Below, piece by piece: positions 26,081 to 39,300 of a DNA stretch of 64,000 bases. The DNA is taken from positions 1-64,000 of the forward strand of contig JAUCBJ010008636.1 in assembly GCA_032718475.1 (NCBI GenBank), read 5' to 3'. The notes below the pieces were generated by a model. It made no database searches. It was not told the DNA's origin and worked only from the letters and a program-made list of their open reading frames with translations. This DNA comes from Nemertoderma westbladi (Eukaryota; Animalia; Xenacoelomorpha). Position numbers and translations under genes: made by a program. Numbering within the stretch: position 1 is the first letter of the stretch; each line of letters opens with the position of its first letter.

Positions 26081-27258
26081 TGTTCGCGCTTTTAGACCTT
26101 TAGCAGTTTAACCTGCCAAATTTAGGTGTCTTCTAGGTTATAAATCGACTTTAGCCTATAACAAGTATTTGATACACATAAAGTTACATTAGCCGAAGCC
26201 AGCCTATGCGCGATCATTCACCCACGGTTAAGGGAGACTGGATTCGGATGCTCTGACCTTATTGCGGTGTAGACCTACTGTATTATTCGATTGATCGTTA
26301 ATATATAATCTCTGACAAATATTATTCACTTTCGGGAAATATTAACAGTTCCTTTAGGACGTGGCGCTCTAAGTATGTAAACAGAGTTATGACTTACACT
26401 AAACACAACGGGATGGCTAATGATTCACGTATAAAGCGCATTCTTTAGGAAATGCTTTGTTATCTATCACACTCATGCACACTACCGCACACTGCTGCAC
26501 ACTGATCTGCCGACCTTCACTAATTTTAATCATATATAAGGAGAACAGCAACTGACACATGTAGGGTCTATGAAATAGCATTCAATTCACTCCAAAACCA
26601 CTATAATGTAAGTCGCAATTGCTATATGTAACCGGTCTCTCTAACCTTCAGTATATCAAGAAGATTGGGGTTTTCTGATTATTTATCGATATTCTCCAAA
26701 TATAACAACATATCCATCAACTGATAACACTTAATAACCGACAGTAAATAGCAGTAAAATAATGCGGTGAAAGGTATGTATAGTATGATATGGGCTGAGT
26801 TGCGATGTACTGATAACAGTTATACGTTTCTATAATCAAAGCCGTTCTAATGTTTGGCTAAAGTCTGAAACACAGAATAATTCCACAGCCGATGTTCTGG
26901 GCTCAGGAAAAAAGGTAAACAAAGACCATAATGCATTGCGCGATTTCCCGGAGGCTTCTGTGCAAATAAAATGAAAATCGCTCTGATTGGTCGAGCCGAA
27001 CAAAGAACAAAGAAAAGCTCTACGTGGACATATCAGCTGATAGATGTCGTCATCTGAACTACACTGTATCAAGAGTATTTTGGCGTATTGCGGCATAAAA
27101 TCGCTAGTTATGTCCGCTAAAGTACACATACAGAAAAATGGCTTTTTATGTCCACTAAAACACCTACACAGTAAGAAAACGGCTTTTTATGTCCGCTAAA
27201 ACACCTACAGAGTACTTTGCGGGAAAAATGACTAGCTAGATCCGCAAAAGCCTTTACA
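26081..27258 (-). repeat. 3' LTR of the outer element
   Basis: TG...CA termini on the minus strand; adjacent to the PPT (CCGCTCCCAGAA on +). Confidence 0.92.
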
Positions 27259-27336
27259 CCGCTCCCAGAAAATGGGATTTAATTCTATAAAATATAAAAA
27301 ATCACAGTTTCTAAAATATAAAAATACTCTAAACAG

Positions 27337-28919
27337 TTAGTCTTTCTTGCGCGGACGGCGTTTACACAGTTTTTTGAGGCTAGCAAGAGTCCTTTTCTCT
27401 TTGGGGCGAGCCACTTTACTAGGAGGGCTATAACTCCTGGGTGAAGGGTGCAATACAATTGCATCGGAAGGTTTGGGATTACGGTCGGTGTATCCGCCGG
27501 TCGAGGTACCTGGTTGATCGATATCAACCTCAGTGGAGCGAGGTCTAACGGCCTTTAGAGCGCATTTTAGGACAGCAGCTCCTACTGGTCCCTGACGAGT
27601 CGTCTGAACGATAGCGGTAGGTGGACCGTGTGTAGTGAGAAATTTCCTCGGTTTGATGATTCTTTCCAACTCGCGTTCTCGGGCTCTATCAGGATCGATA
27701 TGCTTCTCCTCGAGCTGATTTTCCTCCGCTTGTCGTTGAAAGCATTCGTCCAAAACTCTTGCAGAAAGTAGAGTCGTCCAAGTTCGATATCTTCTTAGAG
27801 ATTCTGGATTTCCTGATCGAACTGAGATAAAGCTAATTCGTTTACCGCTTGGACTTGCTGCTGCAATTTACGTTTCTCTAAACAATTGTAGGTTCCTTTT
27901 CCGATCTTTTGACGAATAGTGTCCAACGCGTTTCGTACAACTCTCTCCTCCGCCTCGGTGACAGGTTGTATCGGGTTAAACCGGGACGATGATACGGTTG
28001 AATGGCTGATATTAGATGTCCGCGTCCCAATCCGACTAGGTAAGATGGGCGAATATTTAGGGAGCCCACAACCGGAGTGCCACCGACTAATTGTTCGGGT
28101 AACACTAGATCTTTGAACAGTGAGTACAGTTCGGGAGGATCCGTGATACTATTAGGATCAAGAGTCTGAGGTCTCACTAGGGAGTGAGGAGGTCTGACCG
28201 AGTATTCCGGAACTCTGATCATAGGTTTATTTAAGGGTCGTTTGAGTCGAGCGAGCGTAGGTGATACATCGAACAAGTTTCGCTCGAAACTCCCGTAAAT
28301 ATAGCGAGTAAAACTGTGTTTAGAGCAACGTCTCCGCGGATGTTTATGTCTTTCCGTTTGTTGGTTGGGTCTTGGGCATTCATCGCAATAATACCAAAGA
28401 CGCACGTCTTGTAGGGGAAACGCGGGTGATATTTATTCGGTTTTACAATGTTTCTCTCAAGAATTCCAAATATACGTTGGAGTTACCGCGTTTATCAGGT
28501 TCTTTAACGTCTTCTCTTTCGAGTCGATTTCGAATAGAATTTTCGCATTCGATTTTCAGTTTATCGTTCCGACTCCGCTGGGTAGGATATTTAAATAGGG
28601 CCATTTCCCTTTCGGTGTCGACATCGTCCGTATCGTGTAAATCGATAGGATGACCAGTAGTTAAGAAGTCCATATGCGTACCATTACGATGCGTATAGCG
28701 AGCAGTGAATTTTCGATAGTCCAATTCACGAGTGAGTTGCTCCTGGGACATTGGCGGTTCGATATAACGACCATAGTCCTCCGTAGTAGTTGGACCAGCG
28801 TCGCCGCGTATTAAGCTATCAACAAATGCTTGCAACGGTAGAGTATATCGCTCCCTGATACCAAGATCATCTTCTACACAATGACAACGATAACCGGCAC
28901 AAGTCACTCCACTGTCCAT
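27337..28919 (-). pseudogene. Broken accessory ORF in the env position of the outer element
   Basis: Three consecutive minus-strand ORFs (28443-28919, 27878-28405, 27337-27753). The last shares RERELER...RRPRKKD with ORF 2-1006. Confidence 0.7.
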
Positions 28920-30437
28920 CCCAAAGGCTTAGATTTACTTCAGGTTTTTACTGCAGAGTTAGGGCTACTTTCACAATTGCGACTCGCTACTGTAAACACA
29001 CTTTAGTAGTAACATTCACCTATAAACGCACAAATTCCACACAACTGTCACAAATTGTACACATTCGGGCCATTTGTCCGTTAGTCAAGTGCCTTCCAGA
29101 ATGCCACGTTATTATTATGTATCCTTGGATACTAGCAGTGTGCTATTTATTCCCTATGCTATTCAATGGGGCAAGCTTTCTATTGTTCTTTTAACTCGCT
29201 TCTAATTCTAGCGTGGTTGTTGCTATGGTGACATTATGGAAAGCTAGCAGTAGAATTAGGGTAATTCTGATGCATACAGATCTGGGATGCTATTTAATAG
29301 TAATTCTTTAATTGTCAATATCCCCTTTATACATGATTTTATGAATTTTATCGGCTATTGACTATATATTGGAAATTCTCGCACACTAATATACTTAATA
29401 GGGTGAATCTCCGCTCCCATGATCTATTAATTAATGGAATTTTGGGAATGTTGTAAATTGCATAAAAATGACAATTTATCAAATTCATTAAAATATATGA
29501 ATTTAAATTTATTCCCGTAAATTTTATTATTTGATATTAAATAGACACAATTTTATTCCAGAGCATGTCTGGGGACTAGGATCCTGAATTCTAGGAAATT
29601 TGTCCTTTTAAGAGTATCGGTAAGTGCTACGATATCTTAATCGACTAGAATTTTAAAGGATCTAAATTTGAACAGATTTTGATTTATAGATTTTCTAGAG
29701 TTAACTTGTAAGTATTTACTCTATTGTAATTGTTTGACATATTTTACAAATATTAATAGTTAATATTTAAGATGGGCACCGGTTTATTCCAGAACATGTC
29801 TGGGGACGTTAGCCACTGATTCTAGAATTTTGTCTTTCAAGTATATCGGTGGGTGCCGCGATATCTTAATCGACTAGAATTACAGATGGTCAAAGGGTTT
29901 AACAGATTTATTTTGCGTTTTACGCTACTGTTAAAAGGACATCACGCTACTATATGTATTATTTAATATACGGTATGAGAGCAATATTGCAAGAAACAAT
30001 GTCAGTGAGAAGAGGCAAGTCGTTTCCAAGGTCTACCCAGAGCTTGGTTTAGCTGAGACACGAGGATCTGAACTTTGCATTCCTAATACTCTACTTACCA
30101 ATAATACTTAAATATAGTAGGAGCTTTATTGTACTTTAATAAGTACGGACATTTCATCTTACTGTAGTCACGTATTTATAATATGATACGGACAGTAAGG
30201 AAAGAGAAAAAGAATTATTTCTCGCCATCGCACTAAATATATAATATAATATAAGTAAGTAAGTAATAAACACTAATATATATTGCACTAATCTACTAGA
30301 TAATCGCTAAAATAACATTCTACTAAATAAAATTAAAGAAAACGATTATAATAAAATTACATAATAATACATACATAAATATAAAATAATAAAAACAAAT
30401 ATAAAATAATATAGTCACACACCCACTCCAGACGCTG

Positions 30438-32394
30438 TTACGTTGGGGAGTCCCTAGATGTTTGTTGGATTAGGGAGGTGGTCGTGGGAAGAGTATCTTG
30501 CCTTCCATAGTTTCCGGACAGTTCTCGGTCTCTTTCCAGTAAACATAAACGACCAACTGGGCGATTGAGTTGTTGTGTTTCGAATACAATTCCAGGTTTC
30601 CTCTTCGTCCTGGAATAGTGACGATAGAAACATCGCTTCAAATACACGACGGCCTTACAAAGCCAATTCCAGGAGCTATAGTGGTCCATCGCTCCCGGCA
30701 GGAGAGGTGAGAGTCCCTGCGAGACGTCTGGTGTTCCAGATCTCCAGTCTCTCTCTCTGATCTCCACAACAGATCTGTTCGCGGTGGGGGAGTTTAGATC
30801 CACAGCGTCGTCCCTGGCAATGTGTAGTACAGACAGATCTATCACGGGTTTAAATAACCTTGGTTTACTCGTCCGGGTTTTAGGTTTGACTTTCTCCGCT
30901 CCCTTGGCCTGCCTAATCTCAACCGTGGTAAGATGGGGAGGCCATTCATCTTCTTTACTTAGGAAGTCGGGTCCACCTAACCAGTCTGGAGTATCTGTCA
31001 GTTCTTGAGGAGTTGCTCCTCTGGAAGCGACGTCGGCTAGATTAATCGTCTCGGGGCAATGTCTCCATTGATCTAAATTAGAGTTAATATCGTCATTATC
31101 TGAGGAGTATGGTGTTCCCTCAGTTGTGGTTGTCTCTCCCTCACTGATGTCCTCTTCCCATTCACTCACTTGATGGACCTGATCTTTGGGTAGCCTTTCC
31201 ATGAGTGTCCTACGGGAAGGTCCAGTGAAGTACCAACCTACTCTTGTTCTTCCCGCATAGGTTTGCAATGGTTGCGGTCGAGCAGGCTCTAAGGTTTCTC
31301 TAATGTCTTAAGCGCCTCATGCGCATTTTGGCCGATGAGTATCTGTACCCCTGGGTAGTCGGTGTTGAATCTAGGTATGTCATGCTGCTGGGTGAAATCG
31401 TCTTCATCCCAGTTATAAGGTTCCACTTGGTTGGTAGCGAAGTTCTTTATCGCCACCATTTTTACTGACCTTATACTGTGTTCTCCTAGTTCATCCTGGG
31501 GGGTGGACAACGCGCCTACATAGTAGTCTGTAGCTACTGTAGATTTCCAAACCTGCATAATTCCTGAAAGGTTCAACTTAGTTCGGAACTTGGGTTGTCC
31601 AGCAAAGATGTCTTTGGCTAGTTCTTTGTCGATGAATGTTCCTGTGCTGCCGGAGTCAAGGAGGGCGTTCACTATATAGCTCTTTTTTAACCCATGGACT
31701 CTCAACTGCACTACGGGAAATTCCCGGATTCCTACGTTGGAAGTTGGCGCTTTCCAAGATGGTTGTCGGTCCGGAATAGTTAGGGGGAGCTCGCTATCGG
31801 TTTCAGTCTCATACGTAAGCGCTCGATACACTGCGGTGTTTATTAGATAACAGGATTCGTTTTCGTCGGAGAATTCATCCGTGTAGAATCCTTCCATCTC
31901 AGAACTGAGGTCAGTGTCGTTCACATCACTGAATTGGACATGTAGTTCGGGCTCACTTACCTGACTCGTGCGGGTTCTTTCAAATTCTGTGTGCAGCAAG
32001 ATATGATGTTTCGCGCCGCACTTAGCACACCTAGCATCTGAGTAACAGGTCCGCCGTTGGTGTCCTCGTCTGAGACAATTATAACACAACCGCTTATCCC
32101 ACATGACTTCACGTCTATCTTTTAGTGATTTCTTTAAAAAATTATCACACACACTTAAACGGTGGGGCCCGTCGCACAGCGCACATTTTGGTTTGATGTT
32201 ACTCACCTTACCTTGGGTAACGTTGTGCACTCTCGTTCTTTCCTCGGGCTTTCTTCCGTGAACTCTATTAGGAGACGTAGGAGGAGTTTTTGTTACCTGT
32301 TCTCTCCTGTCATTGGTTCGAGACTTAAATTTACTTACGTCTTTGGGCGCTTTGTTGACATAGTAAGATCTTTCAGTGTCTTTCCCGCTGTCCT
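30438..32394 (-). pseudogene. Outer element: gag zinc knuckles, aspartic protease and pol remnant
   Basis: CALCDGPH, CYNCLRRGH, CAKCGAKHH, ALLDSGS, RTRVGW, QWRHCPETINLADVASRG, YSSW, RPVGRLCLLE; frameshift near 31280. Confidence 0.9.
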
Positions 32395-33585
32395 TGTTCG
32401 CGCTTTCAGACCTTTGGCAGTTTAACCCGCCAAATTAAGATGTCTTCTAGATATTAAATCGCTTTTTAGCCTATGACAAGTATTTGATTCACTACACTAG
32501 TCGAAACCAATCTGTGCGCGATCATTCACCCGCTGGATATTCCCGGGAGATTGGGTTCGACGGTTTAATTTTATTGCTATGTAAGCCTAATGTATTATTC
32601 GACTGACAGTATTATATAATCTCTGACAATATTATTCACCTTCGGTAATATTAACAGTTCCTTTAGGACGTGGCGCTTTATCTACATAAACAGAGTTATG
32701 ACTTAAACTACCCACAACGATATGGCTCAATTATAATTCACATATATGGCGCATTCTTTAGGAATGCTTCTTTAACAGACTCACTCATACACAATGCTGC
32801 ACAATACTGCACACTAATCTGCCGATCTTCACTGATTTTAGTCACATATAAAAGGAACACAGACTGACTCATGTAGGGTCTATCAAATAACATTAGATTC
32901 ACTTCAAACCACTTTAACATAAGTCACAATCGTTTATCTGTAACCTTTCTTCTTACCTTCGGTATATCAAGAATATTGGGTTTAGGGGTTATTTCTCGTT
33001 ATTCCAATATAATAATTCATCAACCATATTATGAAGAACTGACAGTAAATAGCAGTATAAAACAACAACTGAACACTGATTGTTATGAGTTTGCAATGTT
33101 TCAGCAGTCAGTATGTATGATCAGTTAGCAGTTAAAGGATATATGTCCTTATAATTAAACCTACTAGTGTTGGACTAAAAAGCAGAAAACACAAAACACT
33201 ACAAAGCCGTTCTTTCGTGGCTTTGAAAAACTCGTGACTACTGCTCTATACGAGGATACCAACTACTCTTATTCCACGAAGCTCCCGTTCAACACAGAGA
33301 AAGAGCAGTGAGATAGGAAAATTTCAGTTCAGTAGCTCTGTGATAGGTTAAAATCAAGGCTAACTCAAATTCTATTGGGAGATACACAAACAAGGCTATG
33401 ACGCAACCTCCCTAGGCTTGTTGGCCGATTAAACAGAGCCCAGATGCCTGCGTACAGCAAATCAGCCAATAAGCTGGTAACTTGCACTATTTTTAGCTAT
33501 AGATCCCTTTTGAGAGTATTCTAGCGACTGGGGGGGAACTGGCCAACAAGGCAAACGAATCAGTTATCCCACAAAAGCTTTTACA
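32395..33585 (-). repeat. 3' LTR of the inner element
   Basis: TG...CA termini; PPT adjacent at 33586. Confidence 0.95.
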
Positions 33586-33663
33586 CCGCTCCCAGAAAAT
33601 GGGATTTAAGTCTATAAAATATACAAAATCACAGTTTCTAAAATATAAAAATACTCTAAACAG

Positions 33664-34900
33664 TTAGTCTTTCTTGCGCGGACGGCGTTTACACAGTTTC
33701 TTAAGGCTAGCAAGAGTCTTTCTCTCTTTGGGGGGAGCCACTTTACTAGGAGGGCCATAACTCCTGGGTGAAGGGTGCAATATGATTGCATCAGAAGGTG
33801 TAGGTTGATGGTCGAGGTATCTGCCGTTTCGATATGCTTCTCCTCGAGCTGATTTTCCTCCGCTCGTAGCTGGATACGTTCATCCAAAAACTCTCGCAGA
33901 GAATAGGATCGTCCAAGTTCGATAACTTCTTAGAGATTCTGGATTTCCCAATCGAATTGAGATAAGGCCAATTCGTTTATCAATTGGACTTACTGTTATA
34001 ACTTACGTTTATCTGAACAAACGCAGGTTTCTTTGTTGATCTTTATAGAATAGCGTTTAACTCGTGTCGTACATCTCGAAGAGAGAATGCCCCAAGAACA
34101 AATATACCAAGTAAACGATTGGGAAGTGGAGAGCAGTGAGGTGGACGAACTAACTGAGGGAACACCATACTCCTCAGATAATGACGACATCTACCAACTC
34201 TTCGATGAAGAGAATACAATCGACCTACTTACAGAAAACCAAACTTGGAAAAATCAGGTGAACCTATGTCAACTGATTCGCCCATCGGAACCCATCGCTT
34301 ACAATGACGAACTAAACGATGAGATAGAACGCTACAACGCTAGAACTCGGGACGAACTAGCCGTACGATTCTTTACTCAGGAACTGGTAGAGCCCAACTC
34401 ATATGATAAGGCTCTATCGATAGAAGAAGAAAGAGCCAAGCAAATCCAGGATTATCGAGATTACGTACCATTACGATGCGTATAGCGAGCGGTGAATTTC
34501 TTATAGTCCAACTCGCGCGAGCTGCTCTTGGGACATTGGCGGTTCGATATAACGACCATCGTCCTCCGCAGCAGTTGGACTAACGTCGCCGCGTATTGAG
34601 CTATCAACAAACGCTTGTAAAAGTAGAGTATATCGCTCCCCGATACCAAGACCATCTTCTATCAACTCCGTCATATCTGCTATATATGAGTTTATCCATA
34701 TTATAATGAGTTTATATTTAGGCGAGCGGGCGTCGCTGCCTACCCCAATCAACCCCGGACAGTACGAGATCCTCAGCGCCGATGTGTCGTCGCCGCTGTA
34801 CTTTCGCCAACGACGTAGCCGCACAACGACAACGACAACCGGCACAAGTCACTCGACTGTCCGTCCCAAAGGCTTAGATGTACTTCAGGTTTTCCTTGGA
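33664..34900 (-). pseudogene. Deleted and disrupted accessory ORF of the inner element
   Basis: Homologous to 27337-28950 with an internal deletion near 33825 and replacement of the middle by an inverted pol fragment. Confidence 0.7.
34075..34462 (+). other. Inverted fragment of the BEL pol protease-RT linker
   Basis: ERMPQEQIYQVNDWE...EGTPYSSDNDDI matches the post-protease segment at about 31090-31200 and 36980-37090, then continues into sequence missing from both main ORFs (...ALSIEEERA). Confidence 0.8.
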
Positions 34901-36329
34901 GAGTTAGGTTACTTTTACGATTGCGACTAGCTACTGTAAACACACCTTAGCAGTAACATTCACCTATAAACTCACAAATACCACACACACAACTTGTCAC
35001 AAATTACACACATTCGGGCCATTTGTCCGTTAGTCAATGCCTTCCAGAATGTCACTGTATTATTATGTATCCTTGGATACTAGCAGTGCGCTATTTATTC
35101 CCTATGCTATTCAATGGGACAAGCTTTCTATTGTTCTTTTAACTCAATTCTAATTCTAGCGTGGTTGTTGCTATGGTGACATTATGCAAAGCTAGCGGTA
35201 GAATTAGGGTAGTTCCAATGCATACAGATCTGGGATGTTATTTAATAGTATTCTTTAATAGTCAATGTTCTGTTTTATACATGACTTTACGAATTTTATC
35301 GGCTATTAACTATGTTTGGGAGACTTTCGTACACGCATACGCATAATAATATAAATCTCCGCTCCCTTGATCTATTAATTAATGGAATTTTGGGAATGTT
35401 ATAAATTGCGTAAAATGGCAATTTATTAAATTCATTAAAAGACATGAATTTAAATTTATTCCCTGAAATTTTATTATTTGATAATTAAATGGGCATATTT
35501 TGATTCTAGAACATGTCTAGGGACACAAGATCCTTAATTCTAAGAAAATTGTCTCTTTAAGAATATCGGTAAATGCTACGATATCTTAATTGGCTAGAAT
35601 TGTTGAAGGATCTGAATTTTACAGATTTTGACTTATTTGATTTGTAAATATTAACTAATTAATATTTGAGATGGGCACCGATTTATTCCAGAACTTGTCT
35701 GGGGACGTTAACCACTGATTCTAGAATTTGTCTTTCAAGTATATCGGTGGGTGCCGCGATATCTTAATCGACTAGAATTGCAGATGGTCAAAGGGTTTAA
35801 CAGATTTATTTTGCGTTATACGCTACTGTTAAAGGGACATCACGCTACTATATGTATTATTTAATATACGGTATGAGAGCAATATCGCACGAAGCAATGT
35901 CAGTGTGAAGAGGCAAGTCGTTTCCAAGGTCTACCCAGAGCTTGGTTTAGCTGAGACACGAGGATCTGAACTTTGCATTCCTAATACTCTGCCTACCAAT
36001 AATACTTAAATATAGTAGTGGCTTTATTGTACTTTAATAAGTACGGACATTTCATCTTACTGTAGTCACGTATTTATAATATGATACGGACAGTAAGGAA
36101 AGAGGAAAAGAATTATTTCTTGCCGTCGCATTAAATATAATATATACGTAATTAAGTAATAAACGCGAATATATATTGCACTAATCTACTAAATAATCGC
36201 TAAAATAACATTCTACTGAATAAAATTAAAGAAAACGATTATAATAAAATTACATAGTAATACATACATAAATATAAAAATAATAAAATAATATAAAATA
36301 ATAGAGTCACACACCCACTCCATATGTTG

Positions 36330-39300
36330 TTACGTTATGGAGTCCCTAGATGTTTGAAGGATTAGGGAGGTGGTCGTGGGAAGAGAATCTTGCCTTCCAC
36401 AGTTTCCGGAGAGTCCTCCATTCCCTTCCGATAAACACAAACGACCGACTGGGTGATTGAGTCGCTGCATCCTGAATACAATTCCAGGTTTCCTCTTCGT
36501 CCTGGAATAGTGACGATAGAAACATCGCTCAAAGTATATGACGGCGTCACAAAGCCGATTCCAGGAGCTATAGTGGTCCGTCGCTCTCTGCAGGAGAGGT
36601 GAGAGTCCCTGCGAGACGTCTGATGTTCCAGAGCTCCAATCGCTCTCTCTGATCTTCATGAAGGATCCACTCGCGGTGGGGAGGCCCAGATCCACGGCGT
36701 CGTCCCTGGCAACATGTAATACCGACAGATCTATCCCGGGTTCAAATAACTCCGATCCACACGTCCGGGTTTCAGGTTCGACTTTCTCCGCTCCCTTGGC
36801 TGGTCTAATCTCAGTCGGAGTAAGATGGGGAGGCCATTCATTCTCCTTACTCAGGAAGTCGGGTTCACCTAATCGGTCTGTAGTATCTGTCAGTTCTTGA
36901 GGAGTTGCTCCTCTGGAAGCGATGTCCGTTGGATTAAACTTCTTGGGGCAATATCTCCATTGATCTACATTGGAGCTAAGATTGTCATTATCTGAGGAGT
37001 GTGGTGTTCCCTCAGTTGGGTCGTCTCCCTCACTAGTATCATCTTCCCATTCACTCACCTGGCAGACGCGATCTTGAAGCATTCTTTCCCTGAGCGTTCT
37101 ACGGGAAGGTCCAGTAAGGTACCAACCTACTCTAGTTCTTACCGCATAGGTCTGTAGTGGCTGCGGTTGAGCAGGCCGTTTCTCTAATGTCTCCAGCGCC
37201 TCATGCGCGTTTTGGCCGATGAGTATTTGCACTCCAGGATAATCAGTCTGGAATCGAGGTATGTTAAGATGTTGGATGCTCTCATCCTCGTCCCAATTAT
37301 AAAGGTCTGCTTGAGTAGTAGCGAAGTTCTTTATAGCCACCATTTTCACTGACCTGATGCTATGTTCTCCTAGTTCGTCCTGGGGGGTGGACAACTCACC
37401 TATATAATAGTCGGCAGCCACAGTAGAATTCCAAACCTGCATGATCCCTGACATGTTTAGCTTGGTTCGGAACTTGGGTTGTCCAGCAAAGATGACTTCG
37501 GCTAGTTCTTTATCGATGAATGTTCCTGTGCTACCGGAGTCCAGGAGGGCGTTCACTATATAGCTCTTCTGAGGTCCGTGGACCCGTAACTGGACTACAG
37601 GAAATTCTCGGATTCCTATATTGGAAGTTGGCGCTTTCCAAGATGGTTGTTGATCGGAAGTAGTTAAGGTAAGGTCGCTGTCTGTGTCTTTCTCATACAC
37701 GAGTGCTCGATACACTGCGGTGGTGTTTATTAGGTAACAGGATTCGTTTTGGTCGGAGAACTCGTCCGTATAGAATCCTTCCATCTCAGATTGATCAGTG
37801 TCGTTCACATCACTGAATTGGATATGTAGTTCGGACTCACTTACCTGACTCGGGCTGTTTCGTTCGAATTCCGTGTGCAACAAGATATGATGTTTTGCGC
37901 CGCACTTTGCACACCTTGCGTCGGAGTTACAGGTTCGCCGTTGGTGTCCTCGTCTGAGGCAATTATAACACAACCGCTTATCCCACATGACTTCACGTCT
38001 ATCCTCGAGTGATTTCCTCAGGAATTTATCACACGCATTTAAACAGTGGGGCCCGTCGCACAGCACACATTTCGGCTTGATGTTACTTACTTTAACCTGT
38101 GCTATGTGGTGCACACTTGTTCTTTCCTCGGGCTTTCTCACCTGAATTCTTTTAGGAGACGTAGGAAGGGTTTTTTGTACCGGTTCCCTTCTGTCATTGG
38201 GTCGAGACTTGAATTTACTTACCTGATCTTTAGGCAATTTATTGACATAATAAGATCTGTCAGTGTCTTTCCCGCTGTCCTCTCCTTGAGAAGTTTGGCT
38301 TTCACCGTCGTCGGTATAACATACTGGTGTTACCCTTCTCCTAGAAACGGGTTTCTCACTTACCTTGTTTTCCAGTGTCTTCTCTCTGGACTGTCTTAGG
38401 AGCTGTAATTTCACTTCTCCATCTAAGAATGACATGAGATCAGCCATGGTAGGGTCTCGTTGTTGTTGTTCCATCATATATAACACCTTCTTGTCCCAGC
38501 GTGTACCTACTCCACCCTTGGGCAAATTAGATGCTAAGGCTCCTACAACCATAGAATTCTGGTATTCATGAGACTTACCTAACCAATCTAGTTGTCTACA
38601 GATCTCCTGAATCTCATCGGAAAACTCTATAATCCCGCTGCTAAGAAACTTTCGGGGCGCCATTAATTTCGCATATAAATACCTAGCTATGTTAGTCCTA
38701 TTACCATACCTGATGTTTAGTGTATCCCAAACTTGTCTTAATCCGTCTGGATGTCCAATAAACTTTAACGCCATTAACTTGGGAGATCCTTCCAAGCACT
38801 CAATGAGGTATCTAAGTTTTTCTCCATTAGATAGTACAGAGTTCTGTATGTTATCTTTGTAATATTCATTAAAAGGTAACCATTTCATCTCATCTCCATT
38901 GAACTTGACGATCTCTCCCACCTTTACCGCTTGCCGGGCTTCGGTTCTAGCCATTTGACGCGTAAAACTTTCTTGGGCCATTGTGCTATTTAATATCGAG
39001 TTATCGGTATATAAATTTCTCGGATTATGATCAGTTCTATAGGGAATATCATTATCAACAGGTCTATAATTACCCTTAATAGGGTTCACTATAGGAGTTT
39101 CTACTTCGCTAGCAGTATAAATGCGTGTAGGCTCCACACCTTGCGCATGAGATACTTCAGACCTAACGGGTTGACACATTGTTACAGGGGGTGGTGGTAT
39201 ACCCTTTTGTAAATTTACTAATCTATCGCGCTCTAGCGCGATATTTTGCTGCACTTCTTGCAACTCTAACTTACTTTCCCTCACTGTTCCCTTTAAATGT

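Noticed and set aside
27337-28919. Retroviral-like env gene
   Set aside because: The position fits, but there is no signal peptide or transmembrane segment and the tail is basic.
32670-32920. Identical small ORFs here and at 43469-43719
   Set aside because: They lie within the two identical LTRs and are not conserved in the other LTR variants.
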